50,130 bases of DNA from an uncultured Candidatus Saccharibacteria bacterium (GCA_964361695.1 CAYIBQ010000002.1:1-50130), one strand, 5' to 3'; numbered from the stretch's first letter, positions 41,782-50,130 are shown. The notes: generated by a model not told the origin, from the sequence alone. Numbers and translations: made by a program.

Positions 41782-42825
41782 TTATTCCGGCATGAGCGCC
41801 CGTTTTTTCTTGTCCCAATCGTTCAGAAGCTCGGCGCCGATGACCGTGACCGGCACGGCAAGAAGGATGCCAAAAATACCGCCGAGTGTCGCCCCGATCA
41901 CGAGAGCCAACACCACGATAAGCGGCGAGAGGCCAACGGCGCGGCGCATAACCACCGGCACAATCACGTGCGATTCCATCTGCTGAACGGCCACATACAG
42001 TACCGCAGTAAACAACCCCAGCACTGGAGAGGTGACCAATGCCACTATGACCGCAGGAACTGCCGCGAGAATGGGACCGGCAACCGGAATAATCTCAAAC
42101 AACGCCGCCAGAAGTGCAAAGAAAAATGCGTTGGGCACGCCGAGGAGTGTCAGCCCAAAAAAGATGAGTATGCCAACAATGGCGCCCAAGAGCATCTGCG
42201 ACCGAAACCACCGGCCGAGCTTGCGCTGTGATCGTTCCCACAGATCAATCGTATATGCCTCGTGTCGCAGAGGAGTGACGAGCCGGAGAAAACTCTCAAT
42301 ACCCCGCTCCTGCACTGCCAGATAAAAAGAAAAGACCGTGATCAGGACGAATGAGAAGATGCCGCCGAACAGCACGGAGACAAAGCTGATAACGCCCCCG
42401 CCCAGCCGCGTCACATACTGGTCGGGCAAGGTAAACAGAACTTCGGGATCAAGTTCAAAATCGGGAAGGAACGGCAAAGAGCCGGCTTCTTTCACGCCCT
42501 GAAGTATCTGCTCTTGCAAGACGGGGTATCCCGTGGACAGCGTGTGCAGTTCTTCAAGGACGAGTGGGACGATGAGGTAAATAAGGAAGAAGAGCGCTAT
42601 GCCTATAGAAAGATAAATAAGCACCACGGACAGAATGCGGGGAATACGATAGCGCTTCAGCCACTCAATGACCGGATCAATGGCTGATGCCACGATGACG
42701 GCGAACAGGAGAGCCACCAGCGTATCGCCGATGAGATAAATGATGCCAACGCCAACGGCGATGAGAAAAAAACGCACCATCGTCCATGTTGAAATGTGAA
42801 GATATTGGACGTCTTTTGTAGGCAT
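41782..42825 (-). CDS. AI-2E family transporter (PerM/UPF0118)
   Basis: 347 aa, multi-pass membrane protein with typical AI-2E topology and sequence pattern. Confidence 0.8.
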   Translation of the reverse strand: MPTKDVQYLHISTWTMVRFFLIAVGVGIIYLIGDTLVALLFAVIVASAIDPVIEWLKRYRIPRILSVVLIYLSIGIALFFLIYLIVPLVLEELHTLSTGYPVLQEQILQGVKEAGSLPFLPDFELDPEVLFTLPDQYVTRLGGGVISFVSVLFGGIFSFVLITVFSFYLAVQERGIESFLRLVTPLRHEAYTIDLWERSQRKLGRWFRSQMLLGAIVGILIFFGLTLLGVPNAFFFALLAALFEIIPVAGPILAAVPAVIVALVTSPVLGLFTAVLYVAVQQMESHVIVPVVMRRAVGLSPLIVVLALVIGATLGGIFGILLAVPVTVIGAELLNDWDKKKRALMPE

Positions 42826-42831
42826 AAGCGG

Positions 42832-42969
42832 GGAAATTCCGAATTACAAATAACAAACTACAAACAAATCCCAAATTCCAATATACAAATTACAAACGCG
42901 CGTTTTGGTGATTGGTGTTTCGGTCATTGGAGTTTATTTGGGATTTCGTGCTTGGAATTTGAAATTTCC
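42832..42969. repeat. Strand-asymmetric (AC-rich arm / GT-rich arm) imperfect long inverted repeat filling the intergenic spacer
   Basis: The arms run GGAAATTCC..CAAATCCCAAATTCC..ACAAACGCG | CGCGTTTTGG..ATTTGGGATTTC..GGAATTT..GAAATTTCC. The apex is the perfect palindrome AAACGCGCGTTT. Confidence 0.6.
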
Positions 42970-42970
42970 T

Positions 42971-44239
42971 TTATAGTACCAAAAGCTTCTCAAACGGCTC
43001 TTTCTCTTTGATCGGCCCGATCATGGCGAGATTCAGCCGTTCCGGCCTCATGAGTTCTGCGGCCACCGCCCGCAGGTCATCGGCGGTCACTGATTCTATC
43101 TTAGCAAAAATCTCGTCGGGTGTCTGCGGCTTGCCTGTAGTCATCTCCTCGGTGCCGATAAAGCTGGCAACCGCGTTGGACTGCTCCAGGCCGATGAGCG
43201 TGATGCCACGGATATAATCTTTGACGCGTTTGAGTTCGGCCGCTGGCACCGGCTCTGCGATGACGCGTCGGTATTCCTCCATTGCCGCGCGGATGGTTGC
43301 CTCAATGTTTTTATGATCCACGCCCGCATACGTCATGAGAAATCCGCGGTTTGAATATGATTCATGCGCGGTAAATACGGTATAGGCAAGGCCGAGTTTC
43401 TCGCGGATGCGGTCCCACATGCGGGCACTCCACGATCCGCCCAGAATGGCGGCGAGTACTTCGGCGGTATAGCGGCGCGGATGGTCGGCTGAAAACCCGC
43501 GAAAGCCCAGAGCAATGTGCGTCTGATCGGTCTCTTTATATTCCAGATGAAGCGCTGGTAGTGTCTGGGATTCCACAACCGATGGCTTGGTACGCATGGG
43601 TGCGGCTTCCCGCACGCCGGAAAAAAGTTCGGTGATAGTACGTATCGTTTCCTGCTCGTCAAAATTACCCGCAACCACGACTGCCGTATTGCCCGCCACA
43701 TACTGATGCGTGAAATAATCCGTGAAGTTCTGGCGCGTGAGCATGCGGATAGTTTTTTCCTCACCGATCACGTCCCATCCGGCTGGCTGGTCGCCGTACA
43801 GCAGATGCTCCCACACCCACCATATATACATCGTGGGCGTATCGCGGTCTTTGTGCAGCTCCTCAATGATCACCTGCCGCTCGCGCTCAATTTCTTCCGC
43901 CTGCAAAAGAGGGTTTTTATAAATATCGGCGAGTAAATCCAGCGACTGGCCCAGATATGTTTTGGCCGCCTTGATGTGATAGCCCGTCAGCTCATGGCTG
44001 GTGAATGCATTAGAGATAGAGCCCATGCCGTCCAGTTCATGTTTGATCGCATCGGGTGAGGGGCGGTTGGCAGTCCCCTTGAAAAACATATGCTCCAAAA
44101 AGTGCGAAATGCCCCCGATCTCGCGCGCCTCATGATCGGAGCCTGTCCCGCACAGCACCAGAACCGTGACCGTATTTGTCCCCTGCATGGGAGCCGTAAT
44201 AATCCGCAACCCGCTGGGAAGAATGGTTTTTTTGAACAT
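42971..44239 (-). CDS. M16 family zinc peptidase (pitrilysin-like)
   Basis: Inverted zinc motif HFLEHMFFKGT (HxxEH). Start set at MFKKTIL (44239). Confidence 0.88.
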   Translation of the reverse strand: MFKKTILPSGLRIITAPMQGTNTVTVLVLCGTGSDHEAREIGGISHFLEHMFFKGTANRPSPDAIKHELDGMGSISNAFTSHELTGYHIKAAKTYLGQSLDLLADIYKNPLLQAEEIERERQVIIEELHKDRDTPTMYIWWVWEHLLYGDQPAGWDVIGEEKTIRMLTRQNFTDYFTHQYVAGNTAVVVAGNFDEQETIRTITELFSGVREAAPMRTKPSVVESQTLPALHLEYKETDQTHIALGFRGFSADHPRRYTAEVLAAILGGSWSARMWDRIREKLGLAYTVFTAHESYSNRGFLMTYAGVDHKNIEATIRAAMEEYRRVIAEPVPAAELKRVKDYIRGITLIGLEQSNAVASFIGTEEMTTGKPQTPDEIFAKIESVTADDLRAVAAELMRPERLNLAMIGPIKEKEPFEKLLVL

Positions 44240-44243
44240 GTGT

Positions 44244-44540
44244 TCAATATGTTTTAGACGTTCTCCGTTCCAGCCGAAACACGAGCAATATTTTTTCTTC
44301 CACCTTGATTTTATAGAAAACACGATAAGCGCCTGTTCGGCGCCGCCACGTATTTTCCTCGCCTTTCATTTTCTGGATATCGCCAAAATACGGATCGGCG
44401 GGCAACAATCTGATAACCACGAGCAACGCTTCCGCATCACGCCGCGGAAGGGTCCGAAGCGTTTTGAAAACAACCGAATCAATCTGCAAATCCCAGTTTT
44501 CTGACGAGTGCATGATAGGAAAGCGTTTTTCCTCGCTCAA
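44244..44540 (-). CDS. relE: RelE/ParE-superfamily toxin (paralogue of 22282-22539)
   Basis: WRRRTGAYRVFYKIKVEEKILLVFRLERRTSKTY, parallel to the C-terminus of the 22282 toxin. The start is uncertain (Met1 or Met10). Confidence 0.7.
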   Translation of the reverse strand: MSEEKRFPIMHSSENWDLQIDSVVFKTLRTLPRRDAEALLVVIRLLPADPYFGDIQKMKGEENTWRRRTGAYRVFYKIKVEEKILLVFRLERRTSKTY

Positions 44541-44697
44541 GATTTTTCTCAGCTTTTCTCAACGCCGCGCGTTGTGCCGCACTCGGCGTAAACTCCGCGG
44601 TTTTCCGCAATTCGGTCAACGCTTCGTACTCCTTGCGCGGAATCACGATTAGATCGTCTCGTTGGGCTAATGTTCTCGGTATCGTTATCGTTGGCAT
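44479..44697 (-). CDS. Putative antitoxin (paralogue of 22514-22741)
   Basis: MPTITIPRTLAQRDDLIVIPRKEYEAL; same architecture and same overlap as the other pair. Confidence 0.55.
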   Translation of the reverse strand: MPTITIPRTLAQRDDLIVIPRKEYEALTELRKTAEFTPSAAQRAALRKAEKNLERGKTLSYHALVRKLGFAD

Positions 44698-44710
44698 AAG
44701 AATATCTGGG

Positions 44711-44866
44711 CTAACCTGTCATTGAAAGATGGAGCTCCACCGCTTCTTGAATGTTTGCCGTCAGCTCGTCTGGTGTCTTCCCCTGCGTCACCACGGGCAG
44801 ATCAATGCCTTCAGCCACATACTGCCGTTCTCCCTTAAAAATATGGAATTGAATGATGCGCTTCAT
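44711..44866 (-). CDS. Short orphan HicB-like (UPF0150) ORF
   Basis: Hand translation gives MKRIIQFHIFKGERQYVAEGIDLPVVTQGKTPDELTANIQEAVELHLSMTG (51 aa, below the ORF-track cut-off). Confidence 0.45.
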   Translation of the reverse strand: MKRIIQFHIFKGERQYVAEGIDLPVVTQGKTPDELTANIQEAVELHLSMTG

Positions 44867-44903
44867 AACTCCATGGTGTACCAGTCATCCGACAAAGTCA
44901 ATG

Positions 44904-44931
44904 TGCGCACCTCTGCACGCAGAGGTGCGCA
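44904..44931 (-). terminator. Strong GC hairpin (possible terminator or processing site)
   Basis: 12-bp perfect stem TGCGCACCTCTG/CAGAGGTGCGCA with a 4-nt loop. There is no clear U-tract. Confidence 0.35.
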
Positions 44932-44968
44932 TTGCAAATCTGTATCACACCTCCAGATACCTATGCTT

Positions 44969-45190
44969 TCATCGCTGATGCATCCTCGTATATTCCCAAT
45001 ATACATATAAGCATAGGAGAAACACAGCCACGGCATTCCAAAAGCTGAATACCTCCAGAAATCCAGCAAAAAATATCATCAAGACAAGACCGATCAACAC
45101 CACATCTTTTACGTCCGGGGCTTTCCGCCACAGCCCTTCTGATCGCCTGCGTACCCTGATGATCAGTTTTGAGACTCTTGAATAAATCAC
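44969..45190 (-). CDS. Hypothetical small membrane protein
   Basis: 73 aa with two hydrophobic segments. Overlaps the glyQS stop by 4 nt. Confidence 0.4.
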   Translation of the reverse strand: MIYSRVSKLIIRVRRRSEGLWRKAPDVKDVVLIGLVLMIFFAGFLEVFSFWNAVAVFLLCLYVYWEYTRMHQR

Positions 45191-46518
45191 AGTTGCAATT
45201 TTTCAAGAAACCTAAGATGTAGTTCAGAACTGTGCATCCTTTCTTGTATTGCCGTGTCGCGGTCGCGGATAGTGACCGTATCGTCTTCCAGCGTCTGAAA
45301 GTCCACGGTTATGCAGTACGGAGTACCAATTTCGTCCTGGGAGTAATACCGCTTGCCGATGTTGCCGCGCTCGTCCCACGCAATGTTTAAATTTTGTAAC
45401 TTTAAATTTTTAAATATCATCCGTGCTTTCTCCACGAGCTGGGGTTTATTGGCAAGCAGAGGAAATACGGCGGCAGTGTAGGGTGCGAGCCGCGGATGCA
45501 ATTTCAGGATGACGCGATCGCCTTCTTCGTGGTATGCGTCCAAAAGGAAAAAGAGCAGAGCGCGATCCACCCCTGCCGACGTTTCAATCACCCATGGCGT
45601 ATAGCGCGTTTTGCTCGCTTCGTCAAAATACGTGAGATCCGCGCCTGAATACTCGGCATGGCGCTTCATATCCCAGTCCCCGCGATGATGGATACCCATC
45701 ATCTCTTTCCATCCGCCAAACGGCGTATCATATTCTATATCCCATGCGGTACTGGCATAGTGCGCGCGCTCGTCGGGCGCGTGCTCGCGAAAACGCATTT
45801 TTTCCGACCGCATACCCAGCCCCACGAACCACTGCATCCTCTCGTTTTTCCAATACTCAAACCACTGCATGGACTCCGCCTCATCCGGCGGCACATAGTA
45901 TTGCAGTTCCATCTGTTCAAACTCCCTGCTGCGGAAAATGAAGTTGCCCGGCGTGATCTCGTTGCGAAACGCACGGCCGATCTGTATGATGCCGAACGGA
46001 ATTTTCACCCGCGTGGAATCCAGAACATTTTTGAAATTGACGTGTACGCCCTGCGTTATCTCGCCGCGCAGGTACACTTTTAGTTTTTCTCCTTCCACCG
46101 AGCCGAGCCATGCTTCTACAAGGAGATTGAATGTCTTGGGCTCCGTCCACTCCGCTTTTTCTTTTTTCTTCGCGTGCATCTCCCTATGCGATTCCAACTC
46201 CTCCCGATGATCCGCGCGAAAGCGCTGATGGCACAGTTTGCATTCCACCAACGGATCACTGAATGCTTCGGTATGTCCCGACGCTTCCCAGACCCGCGGA
46301 TTCATGAGAACCGAGGCATCCAAGCCCACGATGTCGTCGCGTTCCAGCGTATGCGCGCGCCAAAACTCCCGCTTAAGATTATTTTTCATCAGCGTACCCA
46401 GAGGGCCGTAGTCCCACGTACCCGCAAGCCCGCCGTAAATTTCCGAACCCGGAAAAAGGAAGCCGCGCCGTTTGGCGAGCGCTACTATTTTTTCCATGAT
46501 CTGAGAGTTGTCGTTCAT
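45187..46518 (-). CDS. glyQS: Glycyl-tRNA synthetase (homodimeric class II GlyQS type)
   Basis: 443 aa with RRGFLFPGSEIYGGLAGTWDYGPLG at the N-terminus and a C-terminal anticodon-binding domain. Confidence 0.93.
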   Translation of the reverse strand: MNDNSQIMEKIVALAKRRGFLFPGSEIYGGLAGTWDYGPLGTLMKNNLKREFWRAHTLERDDIVGLDASVLMNPRVWEASGHTEAFSDPLVECKLCHQRFRADHREELESHREMHAKKKEKAEWTEPKTFNLLVEAWLGSVEGEKLKVYLRGEITQGVHVNFKNVLDSTRVKIPFGIIQIGRAFRNEITPGNFIFRSREFEQMELQYYVPPDEAESMQWFEYWKNERMQWFVGLGMRSEKMRFREHAPDERAHYASTAWDIEYDTPFGGWKEMMGIHHRGDWDMKRHAEYSGADLTYFDEASKTRYTPWVIETSAGVDRALLFFLLDAYHEEGDRVILKLHPRLAPYTAAVFPLLANKPQLVEKARMIFKNLKLQNLNIAWDERGNIGKRYYSQDEIGTPYCITVDFQTLEDDTVTIRDRDTAIQERMHSSELHLRFLEKLQL

Positions 46519-46546
46519 AGATGGTATGAGAAAAAAGTGCGGATAG

Positions 46547-48442
46547 TTATGGTCTCACATTCCATTCTTCTCCCTTGACCAAGGGATCCTGGGGCATCTG
46601 CGTATCAAGGCCGGGTATATCCAGACGCACGTCTTGGGCGGTAAACATATCGCGGCCGGTAAAATGAGTGTCTCCGATGAGAGCCGGTGAGCTCCCAAGA
46701 TCAACGGCTGATGGGATGATAGACACCTGAAACGCGGCAACGCGCGCTGGTGTCAGCACTCCCGTGCCAGCCGGTATCCTGCCCATGCGCCACCGCACTT
46801 CTCCGGATGCGTTGTCAAACCGCACATCCGCGTCACTTGGGGATATGACGTTTTCCCATCGGACGTTGGGCGGCAGAGAAGCGCGCATCTCCCCACCCTC
46901 CACATCGTTGGTGAAATTGCGTACCTCCCAGACAATGGCATAGGTAGTTTTTTCTCCAACCTTTGGCGGCAGAGGGCCGGTATTGGGTATGGGAGAGGTG
47001 CGAAATACGGTACGACCTGCCGTCAGCACGACCGTGGATACCTTGAATGTCACGCTGTCTTCCGGAGCCAGCACAGATCCGTGCAACTCATCCGGAACAG
47101 TCGGCGTCTCAATGCGGGTGCGCATACGAATAGTCATATTTTTATCGGCGCTTGTTGATACCACCGGCCGCGGCCGCACGCGCGCCTGCAGATGCAGGGT
47201 ACCCTCATGGCCGGGTGCTGCTTCGCGCAGTACGTCAGTACCCCCCGGACCCCACACGATATTTTTGGTCGCAAAGTCAAACACGCCGCCGTCTCCGATA
47301 GTCAGCGATGAGACATCAAGCACGCTTGTCTCAAGCGCCAAACGTATGGAAACATTTTTCACCGCAACTGCCGAGCGATTGCGATACCGCACAGTCATGG
47401 AGATAAAATCCCCGGGTTTGACGATGCCCTCGCGCTGGCCCCCAATCGCGGCTTCCAGGAGAAAGGGGGATGACGAGAGCGCCACTTCGCGCACCGACTC
47501 ATACCACGGCTTCCATTCTTTTGTCAGTTCATTGAAAGATCCGATCCCCGCCCGCAGGGACTGGATGTCCCCGCCCGCGGTTCCGAATGTCGTTTTCAAC
47601 GAAATGGTTCGTTCCTCGCCGGGGGAGAGCGTGCCGACAAACCACCGCGCATCCGTACTGCTCGCTACGGGTACCGCAGAAACAATGGAAAAACCTGGTG
47701 GATATTCAAGCATGAGCCAAAGATTGTCAAACGAGGAGCCGGCCTGGGAACTGTAGCGTAGGATAATCGGCACTTCCTGTCCGGGTGTTACGGTTGCGGG
47801 TATGTCCCATGAAATCGCGAGCGGTACCCGCGCGATAGTCACTTTTTTTTCCGCTGAAGAAGAAAAGCGCGCGCGGAGTCCCGCGGGACGATACACCAGT
47901 TCCGCAAAAACAGTTTTTTCTTCCGTTTCGCGGCCGAAAAATTGTACCTGAAATTCCTCCCGCCGTTCTTCCCCCGCCGCGAGCGCCCCGATGCGGCGTA
48001 CCACGCGGCCTGCTATCGGCTCCATGAATCCTGCCTGATTTTGTAGGAGCGTGTCGGGCGGAAACATGGCCACGAGATCCGCTTCTTCCAGCACGCCACC
48101 GGACACGTTGCGAAACATGATGGGGACAGTCGTCAGTTCTCCTGCCTCCACGCGATCGCGCCCGCCGATTTCCACCTGCGCCTCATATCGGTTGCTCCCA
48201 AGATATAAAAACGCAAAAACAGCGGCGCCGATGATAAATAAAACTCCCGCGAGTGCGGCAATGGCTGTCGCTTTGGAAAATCGCCGTGCGGACGCCATAC
48301 TCGGACGCGGCTTGGCCGCCTCCCACGAAGTGCGCAGTTTATTTCCCAGAGACGGAAACATGGCCTGACGTTTGCTCCTGCCGGTCGGCAATTTGTCTTC
48401 CCGTCCGTAGAGGGACTCTTCAAGTTCGTCCAGCTTACTCAT
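46547..48442 (-). CDS. Large membrane-anchored hypothetical protein (beta-rich extracellular repeats)
   Basis: 631 aa. One N-terminal TM helix (AIAALAGVLFIIGAAVFAFLYL) followed by long beta-strand-like repeats. No catalytic motif recognised. Confidence 0.6.
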   Translation of the reverse strand: MSKLDELEESLYGREDKLPTGRSKRQAMFPSLGNKLRTSWEAAKPRPSMASARRFSKATAIAALAGVLFIIGAAVFAFLYLGSNRYEAQVEIGGRDRVEAGELTTVPIMFRNVSGGVLEEADLVAMFPPDTLLQNQAGFMEPIAGRVVRRIGALAAGEERREEFQVQFFGRETEEKTVFAELVYRPAGLRARFSSSAEKKVTIARVPLAISWDIPATVTPGQEVPIILRYSSQAGSSFDNLWLMLEYPPGFSIVSAVPVASSTDARWFVGTLSPGEERTISLKTTFGTAGGDIQSLRAGIGSFNELTKEWKPWYESVREVALSSSPFLLEAAIGGQREGIVKPGDFISMTVRYRNRSAVAVKNVSIRLALETSVLDVSSLTIGDGGVFDFATKNIVWGPGGTDVLREAAPGHEGTLHLQARVRPRPVVSTSADKNMTIRMRTRIETPTVPDELHGSVLAPEDSVTFKVSTVVLTAGRTVFRTSPIPNTGPLPPKVGEKTTYAIVWEVRNFTNDVEGGEMRASLPPNVRWENVISPSDADVRFDNASGEVRWRMGRIPAGTGVLTPARVAAFQVSIIPSAVDLGSSPALIGDTHFTGRDMFTAQDVRLDIPGLDTQMPQDPLVKGEEWNVRP

Positions 48443-48447
48443 CTCTT

Positions 48448-48921
48448 TTATACTATCCCCTCTTCATCAGACGCGCCATACCCCAGAGACACCCTGAATC
48501 GTGCCCGAAAATCAGTGAGAAACGGAGACATATCATCTTCAGAGAATTCTTCGTGGTCAAGTACCGCAAACGTATGGTTGAGCAGTTCCCATATCTGGGT
48601 ATCTTTTTCACCCGGAAAACATTGTATATCCACCTCGCGCGCGATCTCGGCGGCCACCAGCAGCGTATGCTCGCGCGAACGCAGGCGCGGGAAAAAGTCG
48701 GCGAGCGTGGCGCCGATCAGTTTTTCCCCGCCCCTGCCGATGACAAATTGAACACGCGCGAGCGACAGCGGCTCCAGATGCCCGCGCAGTTTTGCCTCCT
48801 CCCGGCGTACACCCTGGGCAAGAGCGCGCATTTTCCCAAAATCGCGCGTATACATGCTGTAGAGCGCATCATGCTCCCCCACATCCAGTTTTTTCAAGAC
48901 AATCCCCTCGGTATGGTGCAT
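48448..48921 (-). CDS. recO: DNA repair protein RecO (short form, no zinc-finger C-terminus)
   Basis: 157 aa with MHHTEGIVLKKLDVGEHDALYSMYTRDFGKMRALAQGVRR, an OB-fold RecO N-terminus. Confidence 0.8.
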   Translation of the reverse strand: MHHTEGIVLKKLDVGEHDALYSMYTRDFGKMRALAQGVRREEAKLRGHLEPLSLARVQFVIGRGGEKLIGATLADFFPRLRSREHTLLVAAEIAREVDIQCFPGEKDTQIWELLNHTFAVLDHEEFSEDDMSPFLTDFRARFRVSLGYGASDEEGIV

Positions 48922-48927
48922 ACCGCA

Positions 48928-49929
48928 TTATGCGGTTTTTTCTGACAAGAGCGCAATATCGCGCCTGATCCTTTGCGCATTTCCGTGCCCCAGCATCCCG
49001 AGATATGATTGCACCACTTCTCCTTTCCCGACTTTCTTGCTGATAGTGCGCATCATCCTCCGCTTTGTCGCTGTCCGTAGCACCCGATGATCGGCGAAAT
49101 GCACCCACCCGAGAAAGTCAACGCCCGAAGCAAGCGTTTTGATGAAGACCTTGTCCGGATGCAATACCAGATTCATCTTCTCGTGCAAGAAAGTGCCGAT
49201 CAACGGTAGTATCCGCTCAAGTGCCGCGCGATCGTCCGACAGCACAACAAAATCATCCGCGTAGCGGATATAATACCGCACTTTGAGCGTATGCTTCACA
49301 AACTGATCAAACTCATTCATATATACGTTCGCAAAAAGCTGGGACGTGAGATTACCGAGCGGCAAGCCCGTGCCTTGCTTCTCCGATGAAAAACTTGAGA
49401 TCACTTCCCACAACAGTCCGAGAATACGAGCGTCCGGAATATACTGCCACAGAATATCCAGCAGTACGGTGTGATCCACACTCGCAAAGAACTTTTTGAT
49501 GTCGCACTTGAGTACCCAACACGCGCGCGTGTTATTTTTACTCACCATGCGGCCGAACGCGCGAAAACGGTTGATGGCGCGATGGGTACCCTTCTCCACT
49601 CTGCACGAATACGAGTCAGTAATAAACACGCGGTCAAAGAAGGGATACAGTTTCCGATAGAGCGCGTGGTGCAGGAGCCGATCTCGCACCGTCGCTTTGT
49701 GGATAATCCGCGGTTTGGGATCGGAGATGTTGAAGGCATGATAGCCGCCGTGGCAATAGGTGCGATTGGCAAGATCGCGGTGGAGCGCAAGAATATTATC
49801 CATAAGAGACATCTGAAACTCCTGCACGTCTTGTTTATTCCGCTTGCCTTTGATAAACTCCCGCCATGCGTCAAGCAGATTTTCCACGCTGATAATATCT
49901 TCGTATGTATGACTCAACTGAATTTTCAT
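48928..49929 (-). CDS. Reverse transcriptase, diversity-generating retroelement (DGR) type
   Basis: 333 aa. Has the DGR-typical motif LPLGNLTSQLFANVY, the catalytic YADD, an N-terminal LLDAWREFIKGKRNKQDV, and SYSCRVEKGTH. The ATG at 49929 is preceded by GGAGG plus 5 nt. Confidence 0.85.
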   Translation of the reverse strand: MKIQLSHTYEDIISVENLLDAWREFIKGKRNKQDVQEFQMSLMDNILALHRDLANRTYCHGGYHAFNISDPKPRIIHKATVRDRLLHHALYRKLYPFFDRVFITDSYSCRVEKGTHRAINRFRAFGRMVSKNNTRACWVLKCDIKKFFASVDHTVLLDILWQYIPDARILGLLWEVISSFSSEKQGTGLPLGNLTSQLFANVYMNEFDQFVKHTLKVRYYIRYADDFVVLSDDRAALERILPLIGTFLHEKMNLVLHPDKVFIKTLASGVDFLGWVHFADHRVLRTATKRRMMRTISKKVGKGEVVQSYLGMLGHGNAQRIRRDIALLSEKTA

Positions 49930-49952
49930 AACAACCTCCAAGCGGACTTATC

Positions 49953-49972
49953 CACACACACACACACACACA
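49953..49972. repeat. (CA)10 dinucleotide microsatellite between RT and avd
   Basis: Ten uninterrupted CA units, read directly from the sequence. Confidence 0.95.
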
Positions 49973-49985
49973 CGGACGGACGACA

Positions 49986-50130
49986 CTGCCGATTATTCAG
50001 AAGTTCGTTGCCGCATATAAGCAATGGGACGAATACAAAAACCATTTTCCGAAAAAGTCGCGATATACGCTCGGCGGGAAGATTGATACGCTGTTTCTTG
50101 AAGTCATAGAGACACTTTTCGTCGCGGGCA
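49986..50130 (+). CDS. avd: Avd-like accessory variability determinant (four-helix-bundle family), 5' part only, truncated by the window edge
   Basis: Hand translation gives ..LPIIQKFVAAYKQWDEYKNHFPKKSRYTLGGKIDTLFLEVIETLFVAG, which fits the Avd / S23-intervening-sequence-protein N-terminal pattern. There is no in-frame ATG/GTG/TTG; the CTG at 49986 is the only nearby candidate start. Confidence 0.5.
   Translation, partial: MPIIQKFVAAYKQWDEYKNHFPKKSRYTLGGKIDTLFLEVIETLFVAG

Noticed and set aside
46547-48442. The 631-aa surface protein as the DGR target gene.
   Set aside because: The C-terminal 50 residues show no C-type-lectin-like or Asn/Tyr-rich VR signature, and I saw no repeat of its 3' end near the RT. 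This cannot be excluded without a computed repeat search.

Overview
A densely packed, mostly minus-strand chromosomal window. It looks like a small-genome, CPR/Patescibacteria-type bacterium; that is an inference from the very compact operons with ATGA/TAATG overlaps, the short Mfd and RecO, the split MetRS, the many TA modules, and the DGR-type RT. Housekeeping content: ftsA-ftsZ, ybeY, rpsU, lepB, pth, mfd, dprA, topA, parAB, one tRNA-Leu(CAA), four aaRS genes (a hisS-like gene, leuS, metG, glyQS), tsaC, tatD and recO. There is also a one-carbon/thymidylate cluster: cofE-like, folD, glyA, folP, a DHFR-like gene, thyA and dCMP deaminase. Accessory content: three HicAB-type and three RelE/ParE-type TA loci plus orphan HicB-like genes, a free-standing LAGLIDADG endonuclease directly after the tRNA, an AT-richer island with an SDH-family Clp-fold protease, and a diversity-generating-retroelement (DGR) type reverse transcriptase with a divergent, window-truncated Avd-like gene at the right edge. 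The four most interesting observations follow. (1) A roughly 200-nt structured non-coding RNA at 29941-30143, bounded by a promoter and a terminator, has core motifs resembling the RNase P catalytic domain but no specificity domain. (2) A complete YdeN/RBBP9-type serine-hydrolase domain is inserted in the CP1 editing domain of LeuRS. (3) A RelE/RHH cassette has been inserted into the 5' end of tatD and is flanked by a 68-bp duplication of tatD coding sequence. (4) In the RT-recO / (CA)10 / avd arrangement, TR, VR and the target gene are not visible in this window. No rRNA genes or CRISPR arrays were seen. All calls come from reading the sequence and the ORF track by eye; no searches were run.
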